A stretch of 64,000 nt of DNA from an uncultured Gammaproteobacteria bacterium (GTDB lineage: Bacteria > Pseudomonadota > Gammaproteobacteria > GCA-001735895), in NCBI GenBank assembly GCA_963768295.1, contig CAVYHN010000027.1, forward strand, positions 127,009-191,008, given 5' to 3'. The notes below the pieces were generated by a model. The model was not told where the DNA came from, ran no database searches, and was given only the letters and a program-made list of their open reading frames with translations. This document shows, piece after piece, positions 9,667 to 18,965 of this stretch. A program made the translations under genes and the position numbers. The first letter of the stretch is position 1, and each line of letters starts with the position of its first letter.

Positions 9667-10701
9667 ATGGATATAGCTCAACTCCTGGCTTTTGGCGTCA
9701 AACAGGGCGCCTCCGACTTGCACCTGTCAGCGGGATTGCCGCCTATGATTCGCGTCGATGGCGATATTCGTCGCATCAATGTTCCGGAAATGGATCACAA
9801 GCAGGTTCACGACATGATTTATGACATCATGAGTGACAAGCAGCGTAAGGATTACGAGGAATATCTCGAAACCGACTTTTCCTTCGAAATTCCCGGACTG
9901 GCGCGTTTTCGCGTCAACGCGTTTAACCACAATCGCGGCGCCGGTGGCGTGTTTCGGACCATCCCGTCGAAGATTCTCAGCCTCGAGGATTTGAACGCGC
10001 CCAAAATATTCCAGGAAATTTCCGAGTACCCGCGCGGTATCGTGCTGGTTACCGGCCCGACCGGGTCCGGCAAATCGACCACCCTGGCGGCCATGGTCGA
10101 CTACAAAAACGATAGCGAATACGGCCATATCCTGACGGTTGAAGATCCGATCGAATTCGTACACGAAAGTAAAAAATGCCTGGTCAACCAGCGCGAAGTG
10201 CACCGCGATACGCTCGGCTTTAACGAAGCCCTGCGCTCGGCGTTGCGGGAAGACCCCGACACCATCCTGGTCGGCGAGATGCGCGACCTCGAAACCATTC
10301 GCCTGGCCTTGTCCGCGGCCGAAACCGGGCACCTGGTGTTTGGCACCCTGCACACCAGTTCGGCGGCGAAGACCATCGACCGTATCGTCGACGTCTTCCC
10401 GGCGGCGGAAAAAGCGATGGTAAGATCGATGTTATCGGAGTCGCTGAAGGCGGTAATCTCGCAGACCCTGATGAAGAAAATTGGCGGTGGACGTGTCGCT
10501 GCGCATGAAATCATGATCGGCACGCCCGCGATTCGTAACCTGATCCGTGAAGACAAGGTTGCGCAAATGTATTCGGCGATACAGACTGGACAAAATGTCG
10601 GCATGCAGACGCTGGATCAAAATTTGAAATCCATGCTCGCATCGGGCGTGGTGTCCAAAGATGAAGCCCAGCGTAAAGCCGCTAATCCGGATGCGTTATA
10701 A
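9667..10701 (+). CDS. pilT: Type IV pilus retraction ATPase PilT
   Basis: Near-colinear with P. aeruginosa PilT: MDIAQLLAFGVKQGASDLHLSAGLPPMIRVDGD, Walker A GPTGSGKST. Confidence 0.95.
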   Translation: MDIAQLLAFGVKQGASDLHLSAGLPPMIRVDGDIRRINVPEMDHKQVHDMIYDIMSDKQRKDYEEYLETDFSFEIPGLARFRVNAFNHNRGAGGVFRTIPSKILSLEDLNAPKIFQEISEYPRGIVLVTGPTGSGKSTTLAAMVDYKNDSEYGHILTVEDPIEFVHESKKCLVNQREVHRDTLGFNEALRSALREDPDTILVGEMRDLETIRLALSAAETGHLVFGTLHTSSAAKTIDRIVDVFPAAEKAMVRSMLSESLKAVISQTLMKKIGGGRVAAHEIMIGTPAIRNLIREDKVAQMYSAIQTGQNVGMQTLDQNLKSMLASGVVSKDEAQRKAANPDAL

Positions 10702-10732
10702 ACCAGCGATAAAAAGGTGCTAGGGGAGTCTA

Positions 10733-11902
10733 ATGGATCGTAATAAGGCAATCAGTTTTATGCATGACTTGCTGCGCATGATGGTGAGCAAGGATGGGTC
10801 GGACTTGTTTATTACCACGGGCTCGCCGCCGGCGATGAAAATCGATGGCAAGGTCGCGACGGTTTCCAAGCAGAATCTGTCGCCGAACCATACGCAAATG
10901 CTGGCGCGTTCAATCATGAACGACAAGCAGGTTTCCGAGTTCGAGGAAAAGCAGGAGTGTAACTTTTCGATCGCACTGCCCGGGGTGGCGCGTTTTCGTG
11001 TCAATGCATTCGTGCAGCGCGGCAGTTCGGGCCTGGTGCTGCGTATCATCAATTCTGAAATTCCGACTTTCGATGAATTGAACCTGCCGCCGATACTGAA
11101 GGATATCGCGATGACCAAGCGCGGCCTGGTCATTTTCGTCGGTGGCACGGGCTCGGGTAAATCGACTTCGCTGGCTTCCATGGTGGACTACAGAAACCGG
11201 AACACTCACGGGCATATTATTACGATCGAGGACCCGGTCGAATTCGTGCATGACCATCAAAACTGCCTGGTGACCCAACGCGAGGTCGGCGTCGATACCG
11301 AGTCTTATGAAATCGCGCTCAAGAACACGCTGCGGCAGGCGCCGGACGTCATCCTGATCGGCGAGGTGCGCGATCGCGAAGCCATGGAGCACGCGATCGC
11401 CTTCGCTGAAACCGGGCATCTCTGTCTAACGACTCTGCACGCCAACAGCACCAACCAGGCGCTGGATCGTATCATCAACTTTTTCCCCGACGAGCGTCGC
11501 CAGCAGTTGCTGATGGATCTGTCGCTCAACCTCAAGGGGATGGTGTCACAACGCCTGATCCCGAAAATCGATGGTGTCGGTCGTATCCCGGCGATCGAGG
11601 TCATGCTCAATACGCCGTTGATGGCCGACCTTATATTCAAGGGCGACGTGCACGAAATGAAATCGCTTATTGCAAAATCCAACGAGGCCGGAATGCAGAC
11701 CTTCGACCAGGCCCTGTTCGATCTCTACGAAGAGCAAAAAATTACTTTCGAAGACGCCCTGCGTAATGCTGATTCGGTTAACGATATTCGTCTGCGCATA
11801 AAGCTGGAAAGTGACACTGCGCGTAAAACCGGCGTGGTCGAAGACCATCGTGATTTCGAACTCGAGGAGTCGGATGACGATGTCGCTGGCGGTATTATCT
11901 AG
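10733..11902 (+). CDS. pilU: PilU (PilT-family ATPase)
   Basis: Matches the PilU pattern: GSDLFITTGSPPAMKIDG, GGTGSGKSTSLA, LIGEVRDREAMEHAIAFAETGHLCLTTLHAN. Confidence 0.9.
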   Translation: MDRNKAISFMHDLLRMMVSKDGSDLFITTGSPPAMKIDGKVATVSKQNLSPNHTQMLARSIMNDKQVSEFEEKQECNFSIALPGVARFRVNAFVQRGSSGLVLRIINSEIPTFDELNLPPILKDIAMTKRGLVIFVGGTGSGKSTSLASMVDYRNRNTHGHIITIEDPVEFVHDHQNCLVTQREVGVDTESYEIALKNTLRQAPDVILIGEVRDREAMEHAIAFAETGHLCLTTLHANSTNQALDRIINFFPDERRQQLLMDLSLNLKGMVSQRLIPKIDGVGRIPAIEVMLNTPLMADLIFKGDVHEMKSLIAKSNEAGMQTFDQALFDLYEEQKITFEDALRNADSVNDIRLRIKLESDTARKTGVVEDHRDFELEESDDDVAGGII

Positions 11903-11922
11903 CCCTAGCCCGGAGAAGTAGA

Positions 11923-13089
11923 ATGGCCCGCGAACCCACCACGCAACTGCTCGAACCCTATCTGAAAATAATGGTAGATAAACAGGCTTCGGACCTGTAT
12001 TTCGTTACCGGCGCACCGCCCAATATGAAAACCCAGGGCAACACCGCCGCGATTGCCAAGAATCCTTTCCAGAGCGGGCAGGTCATGAAACTGGCATACA
12101 GCCTGCTGAACGACGAGCAGGTGCGGGATTTCGAGATCAACCGTGAATTGAACCTGGGCTTCACGCTGAACGACGTCGGACGCTTCCGCGTCAATATCTT
12201 CATCCAGCGTTCCGAAGTATCGATGGTCATCCGTTACATCAAGTGGGAAATTCCGACTATCGACGAACTCGGCCTGCCGCAGATACTCAAGGAAGTGGTC
12301 ATGAACCAGACCGGCATGGTGCTGGTGGTGGGATCAACCGGTTCCGGTAAGTCGACCACGCTGGCATCGATGCTAAATCATCGCAACAATACTGTCGGCG
12401 GGCATATCCTGACGATCGAGGATCCGATCGAATTCGTGTTTCGGCACGACAAATCGATTGTGTCGCAGCGTGAAGTCGGTATCGATACCCTGAGCTACGC
12501 CAACGCGCTGCGCGAGGCGCTGCGCGAAGCCCCGGAAGTCATCATGATCGGTGAGGCGCGCGACGGCGAAACCATGAAGGCGGCGATCAACTTCGCCGAC
12601 ACCGGTCACCTGTGCCTGACCACGCTGCACGCGGTTAACTCGAACCAGGCGATGGACCGGATCATGAACATGTTTCCGACCGATATGCGTGATCAGCTGT
12701 TGATGGATTTATCGCTCAACCTGAAGGCGGTTATTTCGCAGCGCCTGGTGCCGGGCATGCAGGGTAAACTGGCCTGTGCGGTCGAGATCATGATGAACAC
12801 GCCTTATATTTCAGAACTGTTGCGCGAGGGTAATTTCAACGAGATCAAGGAAATCATGGAGAAGGGCGATACCACCGGTATGCAGACCTTCGACCAGTCG
12901 CTTTACCATCTCTACAAGGCGGATGCGATCACGATCAAGAATGCGCTGGCCTACGCGGATTCCAGTACCAACCTCGAATGGAAGATCAACTTCGGTGGTG
13001 AGCAACCGTCATCGCAGGATACCCGCCACCAGCTGAACAAGCAGGGCGCTGCACTTGAAGAGTTGACCCTGCCCTCCGAAGAAGACTAG
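11923..13089 (+). CDS. Second PilU/PilT-family ATPase paralog
   Basis: Motifs ASDLYFVTGAPPNMKTQG, GSTGSGKSTTLA, GHLCLTTLHA. Third tandem retraction ATPase. Confidence 0.85.
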   Translation: MAREPTTQLLEPYLKIMVDKQASDLYFVTGAPPNMKTQGNTAAIAKNPFQSGQVMKLAYSLLNDEQVRDFEINRELNLGFTLNDVGRFRVNIFIQRSEVSMVIRYIKWEIPTIDELGLPQILKEVVMNQTGMVLVVGSTGSGKSTTLASMLNHRNNTVGGHILTIEDPIEFVFRHDKSIVSQREVGIDTLSYANALREALREAPEVIMIGEARDGETMKAAINFADTGHLCLTTLHAVNSNQAMDRIMNMFPTDMRDQLLMDLSLNLKAVISQRLVPGMQGKLACAVEIMMNTPYISELLREGNFNEIKEIMEKGDTTGMQTFDQSLYHLYKADAITIKNALAYADSSTNLEWKINFGGEQPSSQDTRHQLNKQGAALEELTLPSEED

Positions 13090-13245
13090 TCCAGTTCATC
13101 ATTAGCCAGGCGCCTCATTCCGTGTCTGGATAATCCCACCGCCCGGCAACCGGGGCAGCCCGGTTATCTTGAAGCGCCAGTTTCCCGACGAAAAACCTGT
13201 ACGTTCCCCGTAAGGTCGATCTGCGCTCTACCGCGCCTAATTTAA

Positions 13246-13330
13246 AGAAAGCAGGCGCTCAGAAATCCGCGTTGACCGGTTGAGCTGACAACCCTTTTGA
13301 GACGCCCACTAAGAAAGCCACGTCGAATGA
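13246..13330 (+). repeat. Island repeat family, degenerate copy (I0)
   Basis: tttgagacgcccactaagaaagcc resembles module M2 of the other copies. Confidence 0.35.
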
Positions 13331-13527
13331 GATGACTTAGATTGTTACTCTATTTGTTAATTAGCTAACTGCCCATTCTGCGTTCGCCAGAATCAACGTA
13401 TTTGCGATCAGACAGTCCCTTTAGATGACCTGTATCAATTACTATGCTTCGAAACAGCCCATTTAACCCATTTGGGTGAAGACAGGGATGACATATTTAT
13501 ATTTTATGGGAAAATATAGCAGGGAAA

Positions 13528-14208
13528 ATGAGGAGTAAGATGAAGCTTAAATCATTCTTGGTTGGTTATTGTTTATTTTTATACTCTGGCCAAACTTTGG
13601 CAGCATTAATAACGTACGACTATTCATTCGATACACCACAATTTAACGAAAACCCGTTTGGGCCGGTGAATGATTTACTCCAGCTTGCGGGGTCAACGAT
13701 AACTGGATCTATAACTCTGGATACAGACAATATTGGTGTTCGCAATCCGATAGGGACACGGACTTGGGATGGTTATGCGGTGAGTTCTGGAGGACTAACT
13801 CACAGTGGAGAACTAGACCTGGTCGGTTTCGATACTCAAGCTAGTGTAGCCTATACGCCATATCTCCCAGATAACCCGGGCACTATTCTTAATAGTATTT
13901 CGGGTTGGACTATCCAAGATAGTGATGAGATTCGATTCGATCTTACAATTGACTTCGAACAACTACGAGTTGCAGCACAGTGCTCGGACTTAAAACCAGA
14001 TCCCGATGATATTGGTGTATACGACGCTTGCATAGAAAATGGCAGTACTTATAACAGGAGTATTGCGAATTATCGACCATTAACGAACCTCAGTTTAGCT
14101 CAAGTTCCAGCATCCCCATCACCTGTCCCAGTACCAGCAGCTGTGTGGTTATTCGGTACAGCACTTATTGGATTAGTAGGATTTAGTAAGCGAAGAAAAT
14201 CTGCTTAA
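13528..14208 (+). CDS. Secreted protein with a VPLPA-CTERM (exosortase-type) sorting signal
   Basis: N-terminal signal peptide. C-terminus VPVPAAVWLFGTALIGLVGFSKRRKSA. Confidence 0.7.
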   Translation: MRSKMKLKSFLVGYCLFLYSGQTLAALITYDYSFDTPQFNENPFGPVNDLLQLAGSTITGSITLDTDNIGVRNPIGTRTWDGYAVSSGGLTHSGELDLVGFDTQASVAYTPYLPDNPGTILNSISGWTIQDSDEIRFDLTIDFEQLRVAAQCSDLKPDPDDIGVYDACIENGSTYNRSIANYRPLTNLSLAQVPASPSPVPVPAAVWLFGTALIGLVGFSKRRKSA

Positions 14209-14232
14209 CCAATAGCCTGTGAATTAACTTGA

Positions 14233-14262
14233 AGCCCCGCTATCGTGCGGGGCTTTTTTTTA
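14233..14262 (+). terminator. Rho-independent terminator
   Basis: agccccgc-tatcgt-gcggggct hairpin followed by T9. Confidence 0.75.
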
Positions 14263-14270
14263 TTGAATGG

Positions 14271-14375
14271 TGAGTGTCCGAAATTGGCCAAAAAATGTCT
14301 CCCACTAAAGCTCTATGAGCGTCAGCTTACGAGAAAACCGACGCTCAGACTCGATACATCAGGGGCAAGAACCGA
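14271..14375 (+). repeat. Island repeat copy I1 (modules M1-M2)
   Basis: gagtgtccg..ttggcc...gagcgtcagcttacgagaaaaccgacgctc hairpin. Confidence 0.6.
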
Positions 14376-14564
14376 CCCAACTGAGACACTGCTGCCAAAC
14401 ATCTCAGCCAATCAGGTGGTAGATTTAATCCCGATCCACCTAATAAAGTCGAGATAACAATTACCTATAACAAATCAAACGTGGCTATCAGAATAATGTT
14501 TGATGTGTAATTATGAACATCCATCGGGCCGCAAATATTAAACAAAAGATAGGGAGTAAAGATT

Positions 14565-16043
14565 ATGCGTACTTTTAGTTTATTAGCTGCACTATTTGTT
14601 ACATTTATGATGTTTAGTCTCCAAGCAAAAGCACAAAGCATTCCTCCGGCCTCCGATTGGAGCGCCAGTAACGTTATCACTCTAAATAGAAACTCTCCTG
14701 AACCGACCATGGCAGTGATTGATATTGCTACCGGCGTACTCCTGTCTTACGACGCGCCAACTGGCGGAATCAATGTTGGCACATCGGGACGCCAATACAA
14801 TTTTGTTACCAATGCATCGGTATCTAGTATTCTCACGTTCGACTTATCTATCGACGCAATTAACGGAACATTCAATAATTCGCTAACACTAGAAATCCTA
14901 CATAATGGTAACGTCGTTAGTACTCTGGATTCGACAACTGCGAATACATACACTGCTGATTTTCCAAATCAATCTCTGGACCTTAGTGCCGGTGACTCTT
15001 GGGGCATAAGAGCAACTGCTGGCAACTTTTCTCAGAGCACTGGGACAAGTTCCGAGATTTTAGTAACAAGTATAGAAAATCAAGTCCGATATGATGTTGC
15101 AGATGATTGGAGCGATATTCAAAATCCGAACGGTGTCTGGACCTACGCGGGCGACAGCGGAGCTCTATTGACCATCAATCAGACGGACTGGGATCCGGGG
15201 AATATATTCTTCTCTAGCCAGCAGCAAGCATGGGCTGACGCGATATTCCCAACTCCTGGGCATGTGCCGATGTGGTTCAGGACCTCAGGGCCTTCCGCTC
15301 TAGATGTAACCGGGGTGGGCATGCACGGTTCGGAGGGAGGCAACGTTGCGTGGGTCGGAGTTGTCTGGACGAGTCCGACAGATGGAACGATCAATATTGA
15401 TGGCGGCGTATGGCATGCATTTAAGGCGATTGACAGTTTTGGAAGTGACCACCGGGTCAGAAATTCGGATTGGAGACTTAGACTCAATAACACTGTGCTT
15501 GCTTCCGGAAATGTTTCTGGCACGGATGGTTTTTCGTCCGCCTCACCCTTCGCATTTTCTGCCGGGTCCAACGGCACGTCGTTAAGTGATATACCCATAG
15601 TAGCGGGTGATGACCTGGTCCTGGAATTCATCAGTCCCACTAGTTTCGCGACATTTATTGGTATCGATTTTGTTGTGACTCTTAATCATCCCACTCCCGT
15701 AAGCACACCGCAATGCGACATCCAGTTGAACCAGGCTAACTATGTCGATGGTGAAACAGTAACCGCGAACGTTTTCCGTTTTGCAAATCCGACAGGGGTT
15801 CCTGTTGCAACGGAGATAAAATGCTGGTTGGGCGTGCCCGGAGTTCCACCCATACCAGTTATCAATGTTGGCGCAGATGGTAGTGTCGTGTTCCCAGCAG
15901 GCATGGATATTGATTATGGACCCATTCCACTCTTTCCTGTTACCGGCCTGCCGCGTGGTAGCTACGAGTTGAGCTGTCGCTTGCTGGACCCAGTTACCGG
16001 TGAACTTCTCTGCGAAGATCGTAACTTTTTCGACATCCAGTAA
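14565..16043 (+). CDS. Secreted hypothetical protein (492 aa)
   Basis: Signal peptide MRTFSLLAALFVTFMMFSLQAKA; Ser/Thr/Asn/Gly-rich. Confidence 0.55.
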   Translation: MRTFSLLAALFVTFMMFSLQAKAQSIPPASDWSASNVITLNRNSPEPTMAVIDIATGVLLSYDAPTGGINVGTSGRQYNFVTNASVSSILTFDLSIDAINGTFNNSLTLEILHNGNVVSTLDSTTANTYTADFPNQSLDLSAGDSWGIRATAGNFSQSTGTSSEILVTSIENQVRYDVADDWSDIQNPNGVWTYAGDSGALLTINQTDWDPGNIFFSSQQQAWADAIFPTPGHVPMWFRTSGPSALDVTGVGMHGSEGGNVAWVGVVWTSPTDGTINIDGGVWHAFKAIDSFGSDHRVRNSDWRLRLNNTVLASGNVSGTDGFSSASPFAFSAGSNGTSLSDIPIVAGDDLVLEFISPTSFATFIGIDFVVTLNHPTPVSTPQCDIQLNQANYVDGETVTANVFRFANPTGVPVATEIKCWLGVPGVPPIPVINVGADGSVVFPAGMDIDYGPIPLFPVTGLPRGSYELSCRLLDPVTGELLCEDRNFFDIQ

Positions 16044-16065
16044 ATAGGTAGATCCAAGACCACTA

Positions 16066-16089
16066 AGCCCCGCTCCGGCGGGGTTTTTC
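16066..16089 (+). terminator. Rho-independent terminator
   Basis: gccccgc-tccg-gcgggg hairpin followed by T5. Confidence 0.65.
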
Positions 16090-16099
16090 ATTTCTGCCG

Positions 16100-16262
16100 A
16101 GCGTCTCTTGTTGGCCGATTCGAGAAGCCTGGGAGGCAGATTTCAGCGTCTCCTATTGAGAAAACTGACGCTCACACCTGATGAAGCAGCGGCGATCTAC
16201 GACCCACAACGGACCCTCAGCGTTCCAGCTTTGCCGCGTCCGGCTGCATGCGCTTGTTAGAG
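16100..16262 (+). repeat. Island repeat copy I2, complete (M1-M2-M3 plus the 3' attC-like unit 16204-16262)
   Basis: cttgttggccga...agcgtctcctattgagaaaactgacgct...cagcggcga...CCACAAC..gctgcatgcgcttGTTAGAG. The TTA of the terminal core is the stop codon of minus-strand gene 16257-16877. Confidence 0.7.
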
Positions 16263-16877
16263 TTTTTTGGAGCTATTGGCTCTCGCTGCATATAGGCCCA
16301 GTAATCCAGAGGCAAACAATACCAATGCCCCTGGAATGGGTACAGCGCTTATTGTTCCACTGACGTTGGATTCCAGATCGCCAAATTGTGTTAAAGCACC
16401 TTGAAGCGCTCCTACTCTCAATCGGTCAATAGTACTACTTAAGACTAGGTCAAAAAGCTCAGTCGTGCTTCCAGGAGGTAAAAAAGGATTTGTGCCAATG
16501 TCAAATACAATGCTGAAACTACCAGCTGTAATTCCGTCAATTGTTGGACCAGTTCCTGTAAACAATAAATTAAACCAACCCGCTGAATTGATCGTAGATA
16601 TTAAAGCATTTTCTGCAGTGAAGGCTTGCGCTCCGTAAGTACTATCAATCCAACTGAATGTGCCAGAAACACTGTCGATTGTTGATGTGCTAATGTTCCC
16701 ATTACCAATGTTGAATATGATGTCCGATGTGACCGTTGTTCCAATAGGTAACAAGTTTAAAGCCTGTGGAAGTCCACTGCTCATATCAGCTGAGGTGTTT
16801 ACTGACACCAATGCTGCATGGGAATTGGTTGCAATGACTAAAGTTATTGCTCCAAGTAATTTGACTAGTAGTTTCAT
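16257..16877 (-). CDS. Secreted protein with a PEP-CTERM/VPLPA-CTERM-like C-terminal sorting signal
   Basis: Signal peptide; C-terminus VPIPGALVLFASGLLGLYAARANSSKKL. The stop lies inside the repeat core, and GTTAGAG sits 38 nt upstream of the ATG. Confidence 0.6.
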   Translation of the reverse strand: MKLLVKLLGAITLVIATNSHAALVSVNTSADMSSGLPQALNLLPIGTTVTSDIIFNIGNGNISTSTIDSVSGTFSWIDSTYGAQAFTAENALISTINSAGWFNLLFTGTGPTIDGITAGSFSIVFDIGTNPFLPPGSTTELFDLVLSSTIDRLRVGALQGALTQFGDLESNVSGTISAVPIPGALVLFASGLLGLYAARANSSKKL

Positions 16878-17135
16878 ACTTTCTCCTTGTTGTGCTTCTT
16901 TCTTCTTAAAACTCTAACTTTGATTTAGACGGATGCTGTATTTTTCGGCAATAGACGGAATCCGCCTATTGCATTTGATTCTTTTTATGAAAATAGATGG
17001 CACGTCATTGTTATTATGTATTTTCCTGGTTCCTATTTCCTAAAAATATTTATGGCAATCCGAGATTCCGCTTTTCGTCAAAAGAGTTATACCAGCCTAT
17101 CCAGGCGAACTCAACGAATGCCCGGTTCGTGCCTG

Positions 17136-17345
17136 AAGCAGTAGTTATATTACAAATCCTGAATGTCGGCTGTTGGCCGAAGATTGCCTCCCGCCCTAGT
17201 TTTTTGAGGGTCTCCTTTGGAGAAAACAGACGCCCAAAAATTCCCATTGAGCGGCAGAAACCGCATCCCGAAACAGACGCTCGCGCCAGTGTCGAACCAA
17301 TTGCGCCGCGGGCGCTTTGTCCGATTGCATGCGCTTGTATGGTTG
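17136..17345 (+). repeat. Island repeat copy I3 (long 5' extension, then M1-M2-M3 and the 3' unit)
   Basis: The 48-bp extension gaagcagtagttatattacaaatcctgaatgtcggctgttggccg is identical to copy I11. It contains the exact 19-mer ttggccgaagattgcctcc. It ends GTCGAAC...gattgcatgcgcttgtatgg. Confidence 0.7.
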
Positions 17346-17410
17346 TTCCTGGAGTGTATTCACCTTTTAACTCCCCCTTTCATTGAGTTTTTCTATAGTA
17401 AAAAGTGATT

Positions 17411-18535
17411 TCACTCGTCGAACGAACAAGGCGACAGGCTCATTTTCGGGCCCTGCCCAAGTAACCAGGTTGTCAGTTTATCGGGATCCACTCCAAAACC
17501 ATCCCAGAGGTCCTCATCAAGGTGAACCTCCGAATCGATCGAGTATGAATGAAACTCGGGACTGTCGAAGATATATGGAAAGCTACCTTTCCAGCGACCG
17601 CCGCATACACAATTTCGGGTTGGCTCCGGCGAACATTCCCATCGACGCCGTAGCAACAGTTTTTGTCCCGCGACCGTGTTCTCGCAAGCGACAGATGGAA
17701 AACCAACGCCGAGCGCGATGTAAATCGGGGCGGTTTCCTGCGACAGGCCCTCGCATTTAACAAGTTCGAAATGTGGGTCGATGATATCGACCGGTGATAC
17801 TTCTCCAGATGCGTAGCGTTTTTCGAGTTCGGCCTCGAGTTCGCCCAGCGGCGTATCGGGGTCACTCGGTCTCAGCACACGCTTGCGAAACGCTGCGGCG
17901 CCAACCGCTATCTCACTGTGATCAATGACCCTGCCGGGCGCGCCGTCCCAACTCGCGAGTGCACGAGCGACAGCGGCGAAATGATCCATCGCCTCTTCTC
18001 TGCAAACATTGGGGCGTATCCGGAAAGGCCAGGGCTCCGTGAGCTGCCAGACGACCTCACCGTTTTGCCGATCCTTTAGTAGATAGGTTATATCCGTGAA
18101 TTGCCCGGCGTTCTTACTGATCTGCCAACCTTTCGGGGGATAGATTTTCGGGAGATATTTTATCATCGTGAACGGCTGGACGTCGGGCTTAATGATTTGC
18201 CAATCTTTCGGGAGATAGATGATATCCGGCTTTGAGGCTCTACTTTCCAGGGAGTATCTGGCGGCTGCGCCCTGATGCACCAGCGTCAGACCACTTCGGT
18301 CCAGCCAGTTGGCCAATACCTCGCCGAACTGCGCCTCGTACAAAAAGAACTTATAGCCCGCCCAACTCCGACAGCTGAAACCAGGCCCGGGGACGAACCC
18401 TTGTGGCTGATGTATCAAGATACTGTCACTGACGGTCGCGGTGGGGGTAACGCTAACCGGAGGTCTAAGCTGTTTCGGCGAGTTCGTGATGCCACAGCCA
18501 ACGAGCAAAAAAATACATGCGGCCAATGCCGCCAT
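17411..18535 (-). CDS. Hypothetical lipoprotein
   Basis: ORF 17411-18592. The likely start is MAALAACIFLLVGCG with a lipobox LVGC. No recognisable domain. Confidence 0.5.
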   Translation of the reverse strand: MAALAACIFLLVGCGITNSPKQLRPPVSVTPTATVSDSILIHQPQGFVPGPGFSCRSWAGYKFFLYEAQFGEVLANWLDRSGLTLVHQGAAARYSLESRASKPDIIYLPKDWQIIKPDVQPFTMIKYLPKIYPPKGWQISKNAGQFTDITYLLKDRQNGEVVWQLTEPWPFRIRPNVCREEAMDHFAAVARALASWDGAPGRVIDHSEIAVGAAAFRKRVLRPSDPDTPLGELEAELEKRYASGEVSPVDIIDPHFELVKCEGLSQETAPIYIALGVGFPSVACENTVAGQKLLLRRRWECSPEPTRNCVCGGRWKGSFPYIFDSPEFHSYSIDSEVHLDEDLWDGFGVDPDKLTTWLLGQGPKMSLSPCSFDE

Positions 18536-18889
18536 GTGACCGAGGGCGACGCCCGAACTAAACCGCCGACAGCTAAATATGGGCTTTTCCAAGTGCTTCT
18601 CCCGTGGGCATAGTACAAATAACTAGAAGAATAAAAGTTCTATCTGCCAGTATCAATCGGCGAAATCAAATCCAGGATCTATCCTTTTTTTCTGTTATTT
18701 ACTGTAATGCCTGAATAATTGCCCACCGTTTTGCCTTTTGTTCCCTAATGTTTAACAGTTGATTATTTGGAGGGCTCAACTGGTGTTTTATGCAGTTGGT
18801 ACAAATATTGCGATGTTAAGCAAAATTTTGTCATCTATTTTCAATAAACTCTATGTCCGCTTCTGGCTATTCTCGGAAGCCTGGACCTT

Positions 18890-18965
18890 GAATGCAAGCG
18901 TCTGTTATTGAGGGAGTGCCCGCGCCGAGAAGTTTATGATGACTGATTGCGCTTGCTATGTTCCA
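18890..18965 (+). repeat. Island repeat, degenerate 3' unit (I16)
   Basis: gcaagcgtctgttattgaggga...ctgattgcgcttgctatgttcc. It supplies the stop TAG of gene 18956-19213. Confidence 0.45.

Noticed and set aside
9727-10353. Antisense ORFs opposite pilT, pilU and the pilU paralog (for example 10910-11419, 12373-12630)
   Set aside because: They lie opposite strongly supported PilT-family genes and show no homology signal.
13120-13170. Hairpin cccggcaaccggg downstream of the pilU paralog as a terminator
   Set aside because: No T-run follows the stem, so it is not reported as an intrinsic terminator.
13090-13527. Integron integrase or attI at the island boundaries (also 27633-28022)
   Set aside because: Neither boundary region contains an ORF. 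No tyrosine-recombinase-like protein is encoded anywhere in the window. The array is therefore described as CALIN-like rather than a complete integron.
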